64,000 bases of DNA from Thermoplasmata archaeon (GTDB lineage Archaea > Thermoplasmatota > DTKX01 > DATEUP01): the NCBI GenBank assembly GCA_041485285.1, contig JBGPJF010000004.1, positions 24,468-88,467 of the forward strand, written 5' to 3'. Below are positions 38,536 to 46,943 of the stretch, one piece after another. The notes under the pieces were generated by a model that was not told where the DNA came from, did no database searches, and saw nothing but the letters and a program-made list of their open reading frames with translations. The stretch's first letter is position 1. The number at the start of each line of letters is the position of its first letter. The translations under genes were made by a program, and so were the position numbers.

Positions 38536-41500
38536 CTAGCACGGCGGCGGCGGGCTGTTCGGGTCGGCAAGGAACTCGCGCGGCACATTGCACCACTCGG
38601 GGTGGCTCGCCGGGTCGCGCGGGTTGAACCAGGGCGACGAGCGCGCCTCGATGACCGTCTTCCAGCCGTCGAGGTCGGGGTCGGCCTCGCGGCCGTTCAC
38701 GCCGGTGCGGTCGGCGTCGTCGAAGCCGAACATGGCCTCGTACCACCGAGGCAGCTGGTCGAAGTCCCGGTCCTTGAAGTACTGCACGAACCCGTCGACC
38801 GGGCCCTGGCAGTTCTGCGCCGCGGCGGTGATCTTCTTGCCCGGGTGCGTCGTGACTTCGTTGATCCCGTCGCCGTCGATATCGTCGCCGAACCAATACT
38901 CCTCGATGTTCGTGAACTGCTCGTTGTCGAGGTAGTCGTCGACCACGCCGTCGCCGTTGAAGTCCCGGCGCGTGATGACCGCGGGGTAGCTGCCGGAGCA
39001 GATGTCAATCGGCTGGCTCGAGTCGACCACGCGGCTGTAGTTCCAGCCGTCGTTGTCGGGGTCCTGGTTCGCGTCGCCCGGGTAGAGGGGGTCGAGGATC
39101 GGCTTGCCGGTCGTTGCGTTGCCAATCGCGTACTGGACTTCCCAGCCGTCCGGCATCCCGTCGCCGTCGGTGTCGGGGTCGAACGCGCTCGTCTTCTTCA
39201 CGGCCTCCACGGTGTTGTTGATCCCGTCGCGGTCGATGTCGCCCGTCGAGTCGCCGCGGCGGACCGGGTTCAGCGCGGTGGCATTGACCGATGGGTTTGT
39301 GGGACGCTTGGAGTGCCACAGGATCACCGGGTCGAGGTCCTTGTCGTCCGTGTAGAACTTCTGGTAATCGACGCGCGTCTGCGTGAAGTTGAAGCTGCCG
39401 TCCACGCGGATGACCGGGTGTCCGGGGTTGTCCCACGCGTCATAGTCCGAGTCGCCCATGCGCGGGTTCGTCGAGATGTGGTTGTAGGGGTCGCGGGCGT
39501 ACACGTACTCCTCCCAGTTCGTCCAGTTGTCCGCGAGGATGACGATGCCCGTGTCAGGGTCAACCTCGTGGGTCGCGTTGAGCTCCTTGTCGAGGTTCGT
39601 GCTGTAATCGGCGGGGTCCGCGGGGTTGAGCCCGTAATAGGACTCCCACCAGTCGGCCATCCCGTCGTGGTCGCCGTCGCAGGAGAGTGGGTTGGCGATG
39701 AACACGTGGTTGTACTTGTCGGGGACCGCTTCGTCGAGGTGCCCGCGGGGCGGGGTGTTGTAGAGGTACTCGTCGAGGTCGAAGAACCCGTCGTTGTCCG
39801 CGTCGGCAGAGCAGCCGTTCGAGGGGACATAGGGGTCGAACAGGTTGGCCTTCTCCCACCAGTCGGGCATCAGGTCGCCGTCGGTGTCCGCGTAGACCGG
39901 GAGCCGCGGGATGTAGAACTTGCCCGGCTGCTCGTTGGTGTCGATGACGCCGTCGCCGTCGGTGTCAAGGTCGATGGGGTTGAGGCGCAGGATGTACTCC
40001 TGCATGTTCGTGAGGCCGTCTCCGTCGAAGTCGTCGTTGACGTCGTCGATGAGGTTCCCGTTGGCGTCGGTCTCCTTGTAGGCGAGCGGGTAGATTCCAA
40101 GGAAGTCGAGCTCCCATTTGGTCGGCAGCCCGTCCCCGTCGATGTCGCTGTTGTCGAATTCGAAGCCGTCCGTGAGCCCGTCGCCGTCGGTGTCGGGGAT
40201 GGTGGGGTCGGTCGAGTCCACCTGCTCCTTGGCCGTGCCCGCGATGAAGTTGCCCGGAATCCAGTCCGTGTTGACCTCGAAGCCGTCTTGGAGTCCGTCG
40301 TTATCCGTATCTGGGTTTAATGGATCCGTACAGCGCGTCACGTTGTCCGTGAACCCAGGCAGGTAGAGCCGCATGCACTCTTCGAGGCCGCCCTCCACCA
40401 CGTGGGGCACCTCGTTGAAGTCGTCGAGCTTGTCGCCGTCGGAGTCCTTCAGGTTCGGGTTCGTCCCCTGGATGCCGGGCTTGCTCTCGTTGCGGTCGGT
40501 GAAGAGTTCGACCCAGTCGGAGAGGCCCTCGAGGTCGGTGTCGGCGTTGGTCGCGTTGGTCTTGTAGATCGTGACCTCGTTCCAGTCGCACAGGTCGTGC
40601 TCCTCGTCGACGCCCTCCGGCAGCCAGGACGAGGGCTCGGTGCCCGCCGGGCCGGCGGTCGGGACCTTGCCAAACGGCCCGTCGTCGATGACGCTGTCGC
40701 CGTCGTTGTCGATGTTGTCGTTCTGCTGGAACTTGGCGTCGCCGTCGTTGTCCACGCCGTCGAGGATCTCCTCGCAGGGCGCCGAGTTGCCATCGCCGTC
40801 TTCGTCATCGGGGTGGTCGTCGATGTCGGTGTCGGCCGTGGTGGCGTCGGTGCGGTAGGAGTAGGTCTTGCCCTCGACGCTGACCGTCCAGGTCTTGGTC
40901 ACTTCGTCGAAGTCGGAGAGGAAATCACCGTCGGTGTCGATGCGCCGCGGGTTGGTGTGGGCGTAGAACTCCTGGAGGTTCGTGAGCCCGTCGGGGGTGA
41001 CCACGCCGCGGGTCAGGTCAACGTCCTGCAGCGCGTCGTTGTGGCACGTGTCAAGGGTGTACTGCGCCTCCCAGCCGTCGGGCATCAGGTCTTGGTCCGT
41101 GTCGTTGTTGCGCGGGTTGAGGCGGCAGCCCGGGTTGTTGTACTCGTTGATGTTCGGAAGGCTGTCGTTGTCGGGGTCCTGGAATTTGTCCGAGCCGTTC
41201 AGCGGCAGCAGGCTGTAGAACACTTCCCAGCCGTCGTCCATCCCGTCGCCGTCGGTGTCGGGGCTGATCGGGTTGGTGCCGAGGATGAGGACTTCCTGCA
41301 TGTCGGCGGTGTTCCAGTCGGTGATCGGGACGCCTTCCTCGGGCACCGGGTAGGTGTCGTTGTCCGAGTCGGCCTGGTCGGGCCGCGTGTGGAGGTAGAA
41401 CTCGTCGATGTTGGTGCCGGCCAGCACGAAGTCGCTCGGCGACACATCGGGGGGGACTTCGCGCAGGCACGTGCCGTTGACGGGGTCGCGCGGCAGGCAC

Positions 41501-42732
41501 TGGCGGTTGGTGAGGGGGCTGTAGTACTCCTGGTAGCTGATCATGATCCCGTCGTTGTCGGGGTCGAGGTGGGCGTCGGTCGTGTTGACGGGGGAGAGGA
41601 AGAAGTCCCAGACCCACTGGAGCACGGTCGAGCCGTTGGTGGCAAGCGCGTGGCCCTTGCCGTAGTGGGCTTCGAACCCGTCCCACATGCCGTCGCCGTC
41701 GGTGTCGCGCAGGAGGGGGTTGGAGCCCGTGAGGCGCCCGCTTCCATCATAGTCGTGCCAGGTCTGGTATTCCTGGATGTTCGGGAACGTCTCGCCGCCG
41801 CGGACTTCGAGCCACCAGTTCTGCGCGTTGTCCGGGTCGACGTGGAAGAGCCCTTCGAGGTTGATGAGGTCGCCTTCGATCCAGCCGCCGGTGCGCTGCT
41901 GCCACGCGGCAAGCTGGGCGGGGCGGCTCGAGCCCGAGGTGAGTTCGACGCGCAGGTCGCACTCGTCGCGCGGGGTGTAGAGGGTCGCCAGCCCTTCCGA
42001 GCGGGTGGTGGTGTCGGTGACATGGACGTTGAGGGCGGAGGAGGGGTTGGTGTCGGGGTCGCCGTAGGTGCCGTTGTCCATCACGGCGGTGCGGTCGAAC
42101 CGCACGAGGAGGCCGTCGTAGGCGAGCTGGTTCTGCGAGAGGGCGCACACACCGAGGGTGGTGTACTGCGACTTCGGGGGGATCGAGAGGTTCGAGCGCA
42201 GGACCGAGTCCTGGTAGGAGTCGACGCGGTTGTTGTTGTTGAAGTCGTAGCCGTCGTTGTCGGGGTCTTCGTAGGCGTCGGTGGGGTCGACGGGGTCGAT
42301 GACCAGTTCGCGGGTCTCGCTGTTGCGGGTGTCCTTGTACTGGACTTCCCAGGGGTCGGGCATCCCGTCGCCGTCGGTGTCGACCTTGTTGACGTCGGTG
42401 CCGTAGATGTAGTTCTCATCGATGTCGAAGAGGCCGTCGTTGTCGCTGTCGATGCCGGGGATGTGGGGGGTGGGCTGGAGGGCCGAGAGAGGCTCCTGGC
42501 CGACGGGCTTGTACACGCCCGCGGTTTGCGAGGACAGGAACGCGGCCACGACAATCATGAGGAGGGAGGCGGCGATGAGTACCGCGACCACGAGGATTTC
42601 GAGGTTGAGCGTGGGGAGCCACGAGCCTTTCTCCTCGGTGGCAGGGGCCTCGGGGCCCAGCGTGGTTGCTCTCGAACCAACGGCCGGGGTCGCCACGATA
42701 TTTCCCTTCCCGCACCATCTTGTTGCATTCAA
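38536..42732 (-). CDS. Giant (1398 aa) surface protein built of calcium-binding thrombospondin-type-3-like Asp-rich repeats, with an N-terminal signal anchor
   Basis: More than 25 copies of 'DxDxDGxxDxxE'-type motifs ('DTDGDGMPDPWE', 'DTDGDGMDDGWEVFY', 'DSDNDTY', 'DPDNDG'). N-terminal TM 'LEILVVAVLIAASLLMIVVAAFL'. Confidence 0.7.
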   Translation of the reverse strand: MNATRWCGKGNIVATPAVGSRATTLGPEAPATEEKGSWLPTLNLEILVVAVLIAASLLMIVVAAFLSSQTAGVYKPVGQEPLSALQPTPHIPGIDSDNDGLFDIDENYIYGTDVNKVDTDGDGMPDPWEVQYKDTRNSETRELVIDPVDPTDAYEDPDNDGYDFNNNNRVDSYQDSVLRSNLSIPPKSQYTTLGVCALSQNQLAYDGLLVRFDRTAVMDNGTYGDPDTNPSSALNVHVTDTTTRSEGLATLYTPRDECDLRVELTSGSSRPAQLAAWQQRTGGWIEGDLINLEGLFHVDPDNAQNWWLEVRGGETFPNIQEYQTWHDYDGSGRLTGSNPLLRDTDGDGMWDGFEAHYGKGHALATNGSTVLQWVWDFFLSPVNTTDAHLDPDNDGIMISYQEYYSPLTNRQCLPRDPVNGTCLREVPPDVSPSDFVLAGTNIDEFYLHTRPDQADSDNDTYPVPEEGVPITDWNTADMQEVLILGTNPISPDTDGDGMDDGWEVFYSLLPLNGSDKFQDPDNDSLPNINEYNNPGCRLNPRNNDTDQDLMPDGWEAQYTLDTCHNDALQDVDLTRGVVTPDGLTNLQEFYAHTNPRRIDTDGDFLSDFDEVTKTWTVSVEGKTYSYRTDATTADTDIDDHPDDEDGDGNSAPCEEILDGVDNDGDAKFQQNDNIDNDGDSVIDDGPFGKVPTAGPAGTEPSSWLPEGVDEEHDLCDWNEVTIYKTNATNADTDLEGLSDWVELFTDRNESKPGIQGTNPNLKDSDGDKLDDFNEVPHVVEGGLEECMRLYLPGFTDNVTRCTDPLNPDTDNDGLQDGFEVNTDWIPGNFIAGTAKEQVDSTDPTIPDTDGDGLTDGFEFDNSDIDGDGLPTKWELDFLGIYPLAYKETDANGNLIDDVNDDFDGDGLTNMQEYILRLNPIDLDTDGDGVIDTNEQPGKFYIPRLPVYADTDGDLMPDWWEKANLFDPYVPSNGCSADADNDGFFDLDEYLYNTPPRGHLDEAVPDKYNHVFIANPLSCDGDHDGMADWWESYYGLNPADPADYSTNLDKELNATHEVDPDTGIVILADNWTNWEEYVYARDPYNHISTNPRMGDSDYDAWDNPGHPVIRVDGSFNFTQTRVDYQKFYTDDKDLDPVILWHSKRPTNPSVNATALNPVRRGDSTGDIDRDGINNTVEAVKKTSAFDPDTDGDGMPDGWEVQYAIGNATTGKPILDPLYPGDANQDPDNDGWNYSRVVDSSQPIDICSGSYPAVITRRDFNGDGVVDDYLDNEQFTNIEEYWFGDDIDGDGINEVTTHPGKKITAAAQNCQGPVDGFVQYFKDRDFDQLPRWYEAMFGFDDADRTGVNGREADPDLDGWKTVIEARSSPWFNPRDPASHPEWCNVPREFLADPNSPPPPC

Positions 42733-42988
42733 TCGCGATGGGTGCGATAGTTACACCGCCAGCGTGTGGGCGGAGTATCCGGGGATCAAAGCGTCCATAT
42801 ATGAAGGCTTCGAGCGGCGGCACCTTGGACTCAACAACGTGTAATCGCCGAAGAATTTCGGGCGTGCAGTTGGAATTTCCTCCGGGGCGGCGCGCGTCTA
42901 CTTCGGCGCGGCCGGTGGCGCTGCTGGATCTTGCGCTAGTGCCGTGATTCGAAACAGACTTCGGCATTTCACGGCGAAAGATTCGAAT

Positions 42989-43014
42989 CCATGGAGGGGG
43001 ATACCCCTCCATGG
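42989..43014 (+). promoter_or_regulatory. Perfect 11-bp-stem hairpin overlapping the transposase start codon (probable translational attenuation of transposase)
   Basis: Sequence 'CCATGGAGGGG-GATA-CCCCTCCATGG'. The 3' arm contains the ATG at 43011. Confidence 0.5.
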
Positions 43015-44111
43015 TCCTACACGTCCGTGAGATCTCGAACGACGAGGGCAACCGCCTCTCCCGCCTCGTGAAGCGAACGAACAACGTTGTCACGATGCGT
43101 CGCGCACAGGTTCTCCTTCATTCCGCCCAAGGATTCACTCCACCGAAGATCGGCGAGATGCTCTGGATCTCGACAGACTGGGTCCGGCACATCATCAAGG
43201 AGTTCAACGAGCAGGGGTTCGATTCCCTGCGCCCGAAGCCGCGCGGGGGCGGGCGCCCCCGCGTGTTCGACGACGAGATTCGACTGGAGATGGTCAACCT
43301 CGCCCTCACGCCACCCCGAACGCTCGGGTACCCTTTCGAGAAGTGGTCGCTGCGCAAGCTGCGCGAGGCGATCATCGAACAGGGAATCGTTGCGGACATC
43401 AGCGTCTCGAACGTCCAGAAGATCATGACGGAGGAGATGCTCGGCTACCAAGTCGTGAAGACCTGGAAGGAGAGCAAGGACCCCGACTTCCACGAGAAGA
43501 AGAGTCGGGTCGACCGCCTCACGCGCAAGCGCCACAACCCTCCCGTCGTGATCGCGTACGACGAGTTGGGGCCGCTCGAATTGCGGCCCATCAAGGGCGG
43601 GCACTGGGCGCGGTCGGGGCACCCCGACCGCGTGCCGGCCACGTACAAGCGGAAGGGCGGGACGAGGCAGTTCCTTGTGGCGTTCAATTTCTACAAAGGG
43701 ACTTTCTTCGGGCGCCTTCGAAAGCGCAAGCGCTCGAAGGAGATCTTCGCCTTTTTCCGGCTCGTCCGTCGGCACTACCCAGCGGACCAACGGATCTACC
43801 TGATCATGGACAACCTGTCGGCGCACCTCACGCCCGAAATCCGCGTGTGGGCCAAGGCCCACAAGGTTACGCTCGTCCAGACCCCGACGAACGCCTCGTG
43901 GTGCAACCCGATCGAGGCGCACTTTGCAAGCGTGCGGACGCTCGCCTTTTCGGGGACCAACCACCAAGATTGGAGCGCTGCGGGCCGCGCGCTCCACAAG
44001 GCGCTTCGATGGAAGAACTCGCACCGCAAGGAGATGCTGCAGGCGCGCGAGGACCGCCGGCGGAGGCGCCGGCGGCAGCTCTGGCGAGTACGGGCAAATG
44101 TAGGAGCCTAG
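43011..44111 (+). CDS. IS630-family transposase (HTH plus DDE domain)
   Basis: N-terminal HTH, 'DELGPLELRP', 'LIMDNLSAHLT', 'NASWCNPIEAHF' (DD(34)E-type). Confidence 0.85.
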   Translation: MVLHVREISNDEGNRLSRLVKRTNNVVTMRRAQVLLHSAQGFTPPKIGEMLWISTDWVRHIIKEFNEQGFDSLRPKPRGGGRPRVFDDEIRLEMVNLALTPPRTLGYPFEKWSLRKLREAIIEQGIVADISVSNVQKIMTEEMLGYQVVKTWKESKDPDFHEKKSRVDRLTRKRHNPPVVIAYDELGPLELRPIKGGHWARSGHPDRVPATYKRKGGTRQFLVAFNFYKGTFFGRLRKRKRSKEIFAFFRLVRRHYPADQRIYLIMDNLSAHLTPEIRVWAKAHKVTLVQTPTNASWCNPIEAHFASVRTLAFSGTNHQDWSAAGRALHKALRWKNSHRKEMLQAREDRRRRRRRQLWRVRANVGA

Positions 44112-44118
44112 TTATCGA

Positions 44119-44814
44119 TCACGGCACTAGTTCGCCGGGCTTGCCGTCGCGCCGAAGGAGCGCGCGGCGCGACCGGACGAAGCGTTGCACGGCGGTGGCG
44201 TGGCCGAGGACGGCGAAGGCAAGGAGGAGCGCGGTGATGGGCGTGATGATTTGGGGAGCCGAATAGGGCGGCCTCCACGGGACGTTCACGGCGAATGTGA
44301 CGGAGAGACCGGCGACGACCAGCACGCCTTGGAGGAGGGGGACGGCGGTAAGGAGCACGAGCCGGTCGACGCGACCGAGCACCCCGCGGTAGTCGCGCTT
44401 GAGGCCGACGGCCGAGGCTTGGGTCGCGATGTAGCTTGTGAGGAACACGCCGGTGAGGGCGAAGAAGCCCCAGCGCAGGTTGCCGAAGGCGGAGAACGCG
44501 AGGCCGCCGATGATGAAGAGGTCGCCGTAGCGGTCGAGGGCGTGGTCGAGGAAGTCGCCGGCCTTTGATGCCGTCCCCGCGCGACGCGCGACGAGGCCGT
44601 CGAGGCCGTCGAACACGCCGGAGACAAAGACGAGGAGCCCCCCTAGAATGAGCAGCCATGCGCTCGCGGCCGACGCGAGCGCGAAGCTCACGCCGGCTGC
44701 GCCCGCCAGGCCAACGGAGATCCAGCTGATGCGGTCGGCGCCGAGCGGGGCGAGGCGGTCAGCGAGCGGCCCGAGCACGGCCTCGCCGCGCGCGCGCTGC
44801 TTGTCTAGCACCAT
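44119..44814 (-). CDS. CDP-alcohol phosphatidyltransferase family protein (archaeal phospholipid synthase). Start at the internal Met 'MVLDKQ'. The last 3 codons plus stop lie inside the IS630 right inverted repeat.
   Basis: Sequence 'FDGLDGLVARRAGTASKAGDFLDHALDRYGD' is the D-G-x2-A-R-x8-G-x3-D-x3-D motif. About 6 TM helices. Confidence 0.75.
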   Translation of the reverse strand: MVLDKQRARGEAVLGPLADRLAPLGADRISWISVGLAGAAGVSFALASAASAWLLILGGLLVFVSGVFDGLDGLVARRAGTASKAGDFLDHALDRYGDLFIIGGLAFSAFGNLRWGFFALTGVFLTSYIATQASAVGLKRDYRGVLGRVDRLVLLTAVPLLQGVLVVAGLSVTFAVNVPWRPPYSAPQIITPITALLLAFAVLGHATAVQRFVRSRRALLRRDGKPGELVP

Positions 44815-45359
44815 GCGGGGGCCTCCTCGAGGTAGTCGATGCGGCCGGCGCGCAGCGAGGTGGCTTTCCCGGCGGCAACGCGCATGACCGCCCCGGCAGC
44901 ATGGGGCGCTCGCGCCCCGCCTGTCGAAAACTCGAACACGCGGCGCACCCCGAGCCGTTCGACGGCCTCGGTGGCGATCACGCCAACCGCCTCGGCGCAG
45001 ACATTCTCGCGGACCTTGGGCTCCGCCCACCCGCGCCGCCGCAGCCGCCGCGCCAAAAGCGGCGGCGGGCAGCGCAGTACGAGCGCGCAGTCGACCGACA
45101 GGAAGTGGGCGAGGTGCCCTTCGAGCACAAGGGGCGCCGCTTGGGGGAACGCCTTGGCGCGCTTCGACACCGCGCGGTCGAGCGCGTGCACATCGACCTC
45201 GAACGACCCGCGCCGTTGGTCGCGGGCGCCGAGCAGCCCCGCGCGCGCGGCCTCCGCGTTCAGCGAGAGCACCGGAACCCCGCGGCGAGAAAGCGCGGCG
45301 CCAACGGCGCTCTTGCCCGTGCCCGGCGTGCCGGTGAGTGCGACCCTCACAGGCCGCAA
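44805..45359 (-). CDS. P-loop nucleotide kinase, Fap7/adenylate-kinase-6-like
   Basis: Walker A 'LTGTPGTGKSAV' and a size of about 180 aa. Fap7 is the usual partner of Nob1 in small-subunit rRNA maturation. Confidence 0.55.
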   Translation of the reverse strand: MRPVRVALTGTPGTGKSAVGAALSRRGVPVLSLNAEAARAGLLGARDQRRGSFEVDVHALDRAVSKRAKAFPQAAPLVLEGHLAHFLSVDCALVLRCPPPLLARRLRRRGWAEPKVRENVCAEAVGVIATEAVERLGVRRVFEFSTGGARAPHAAGAVMRVAAGKATSLRAGRIDYLEEAPAWC

Positions 45360-45413
45360 TCAGCCGGGTCAAAGGCTTTAACTTTCGCCAGGGCGCTTGC
45401 AAGAATCGGTTCC

Positions 45414-46604
45414 ATGGCGAAACCGGCTTCGATCGACGAAATGACGGTGGGCGACGCGCTGGAACCCATCAAGGCGACGGTCGGCCAAGATGCCACGCTT
45501 GCCCAAGCCCTGGGCGCGATGAAGAAAAACGGGCTCCACGACCTCGCGGTGATGGGCCCGAAGGGCGAGCTGCTCGGAATCCTCTCCGACGAGACGCTGC
45601 TCAAGCGGCGGCGCCTCCCCCTCGGGTCGCACGTGTCGAACCTGCTGGTGGTCCCTCCGCGGATCACCACCGACGAGCCGCTGGCGAAGGGCGCGGAGGC
45701 GCTGCTCTCCAACGGCCTGCGGGAGCTGCCCGTCTTCCAGCCCGGGGGCAAGACCGTTGCCGGCCAGATCTCGCGGTGGGGGCTTCTCGAGATCCTGCGC
45801 CGCGACCCTGAAATCGCAAAGCTGCCGGCCCATGCGGTCATGACGCCCGACCCGGTCGTGGTGAAGGAGAGCGACACCATCGACCACGCCATCGACGAGA
45901 TGCGCAGGCTCGACGAGCCCACGATCCCAGTCGTGGACAAGGGCGGCGACTTGGTGGGCGTCGTGAGCGCGCGCGACATCCTGCGGTTGTACGCCGGTTG
46001 GGCGGCCCAGCCGCGGGTGCCGAAGGGCTCGGTCAAGGGCAAATCGGCCTCGAGGGCAACGGTCGAGGGCGTCATGACCTCGCCGGTGGTCGAGGCCAAC
46101 CGGGACGCAACCGTCGAAGAGCTTTCCTCGCTCATGCTCGAATCGAAGGCCTCCTCGGTCGTGATCACGGACAACGAGAAGCCGAAGGGCATCGTGACGA
46201 AGGGCGACTTGCTCGAACTTCTGGCGTCGGTTGCCCCGCGCGAGGGCTGCTTCCTGCAGGTCACGGGGCTCGAAGGCCACGACCCCTTTTTGCTCGAGGA
46301 CGTGTTCAGCGTGATCGAGCCGGGGATTCAGCGGATCGCCGTGCACGCGAAGCCCATGACGTTCAACGCGCATGTGATGGAGCACCACCGGACCTACGGA
46401 CACCGCGGCGAGGTGCGCGCGCGCCTGCAGACGGACCGCGGCCTGTTCACGGCCACGGCGGAAGACGAAGACGTGCTGCGGGCGGTCGACTCCGTGCTCC
46501 AGCGGCTGGAGAGCCAGGTGCGCCGCGACAAGGAGAAGCACCGCCCGAGCCCGAACAAGGCGCGCGCCGGCGCGATGCCGCGCGGGCGCGCGAAGCTGCA
46601 GTAG
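45414..46604 (+). CDS. Four-CBS-domain (two Bateman modules) protein fused to a C-terminal HPF/RaiA (ribosome hibernation factor, S30AE) domain
   Basis: CBS signatures four times ('LHDLAVMGPKGELLGILSDETLL', 'LPVFQPGGKTVAGQISRWGLL', 'IPVVDKGGDLVGVVSARDIL', 'VVITDNEKPKGIVTKGDLL'). The C-terminus 'FLQVTGLEG...GEVRARLQTDRGLFTATAEDEDVLRAVDSVLQRLESQVRRDKEKHR' aligns with E. coli HPF '...[34 protein letters not shown]'. Confidence 0.7.
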   Translation: MAKPASIDEMTVGDALEPIKATVGQDATLAQALGAMKKNGLHDLAVMGPKGELLGILSDETLLKRRRLPLGSHVSNLLVVPPRITTDEPLAKGAEALLSNGLRELPVFQPGGKTVAGQISRWGLLEILRRDPEIAKLPAHAVMTPDPVVVKESDTIDHAIDEMRRLDEPTIPVVDKGGDLVGVVSARDILRLYAGWAAQPRVPKGSVKGKSASRATVEGVMTSPVVEANRDATVEELSSLMLESKASSVVITDNEKPKGIVTKGDLLELLASVAPREGCFLQVTGLEGHDPFLLEDVFSVIEPGIQRIAVHAKPMTFNAHVMEHHRTYGHRGEVRARLQTDRGLFTATAEDEDVLRAVDSVLQRLESQVRRDKEKHRPSPNKARAGAMPRGRAKLQ

Positions 46605-46625
46605 GCGCGGTCGGGAGGGGCTCCC

Positions 46626-46943
46626 TTGGAGCGGGCCCCCGCCGAAAGCCGTCCGGACGCCACGCCCCACAAGGGCTCTTCGAAGAGAGCCTATGCGGCC
46701 GTCGGCGCGGGCCTCTCGGTGTGCGCCGCGGCCCTCACTTTCGTGGTCGCGAACATGACCTCGTGGATTCTATTCCACGACCCTGGCGCCTTTCCTGCCT
46801 CGAACTATGGGCGAATTGATGCGGTCGGCCTCATCCTGTTCTGGGCGATCGACGGGACAGTCATCGCGATCACCGCACTGATCTGGGTTCGCGGTGTGTT
46901 TGCGCCCGACCCTCTGTCTCCGCTCGCGCTCCGCGACCCCTAG
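46626..46943 (+). CDS. Small membrane protein
   Basis: Sequences 'LSVCAAALTFVVANMTSWILF' and 'AVGLILFWAIDGTVIAITALIWV'. Confidence 0.35.
   Translation: MERAPAESRPDATPHKGSSKRAYAAVGAGLSVCAAALTFVVANMTSWILFHDPGAFPASNYGRIDAVGLILFWAIDGTVIAITALIWVRGVFAPDPLSPLALRDP

Larger units (their letters stand above)
42936..44130 (+). mobile_element. IS630 (Tc1/mariner)-family insertion sequence, about 1.2 kb, with terminal inverted repeats and TA at both ends
   Basis: Left inverted repeat 'CTAGTGCCGTGATTCGAAAC' (42936-) and right inverted repeat '...TTATCGATCACGGCACTAG' (-44130), with 13/14 matches. A single transposase ORF lies inside. Confidence 0.8.

Noticed and set aside
44815-45402. N-terminal extension of ORF 44119-45402
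   Set aside because: CDP-alcohol phosphatidyltransferase homology and the first TM helix begin at the internal 'MVLDKQ'. The upstream part overlaps the Fap7-like gene on the same strand in another frame.
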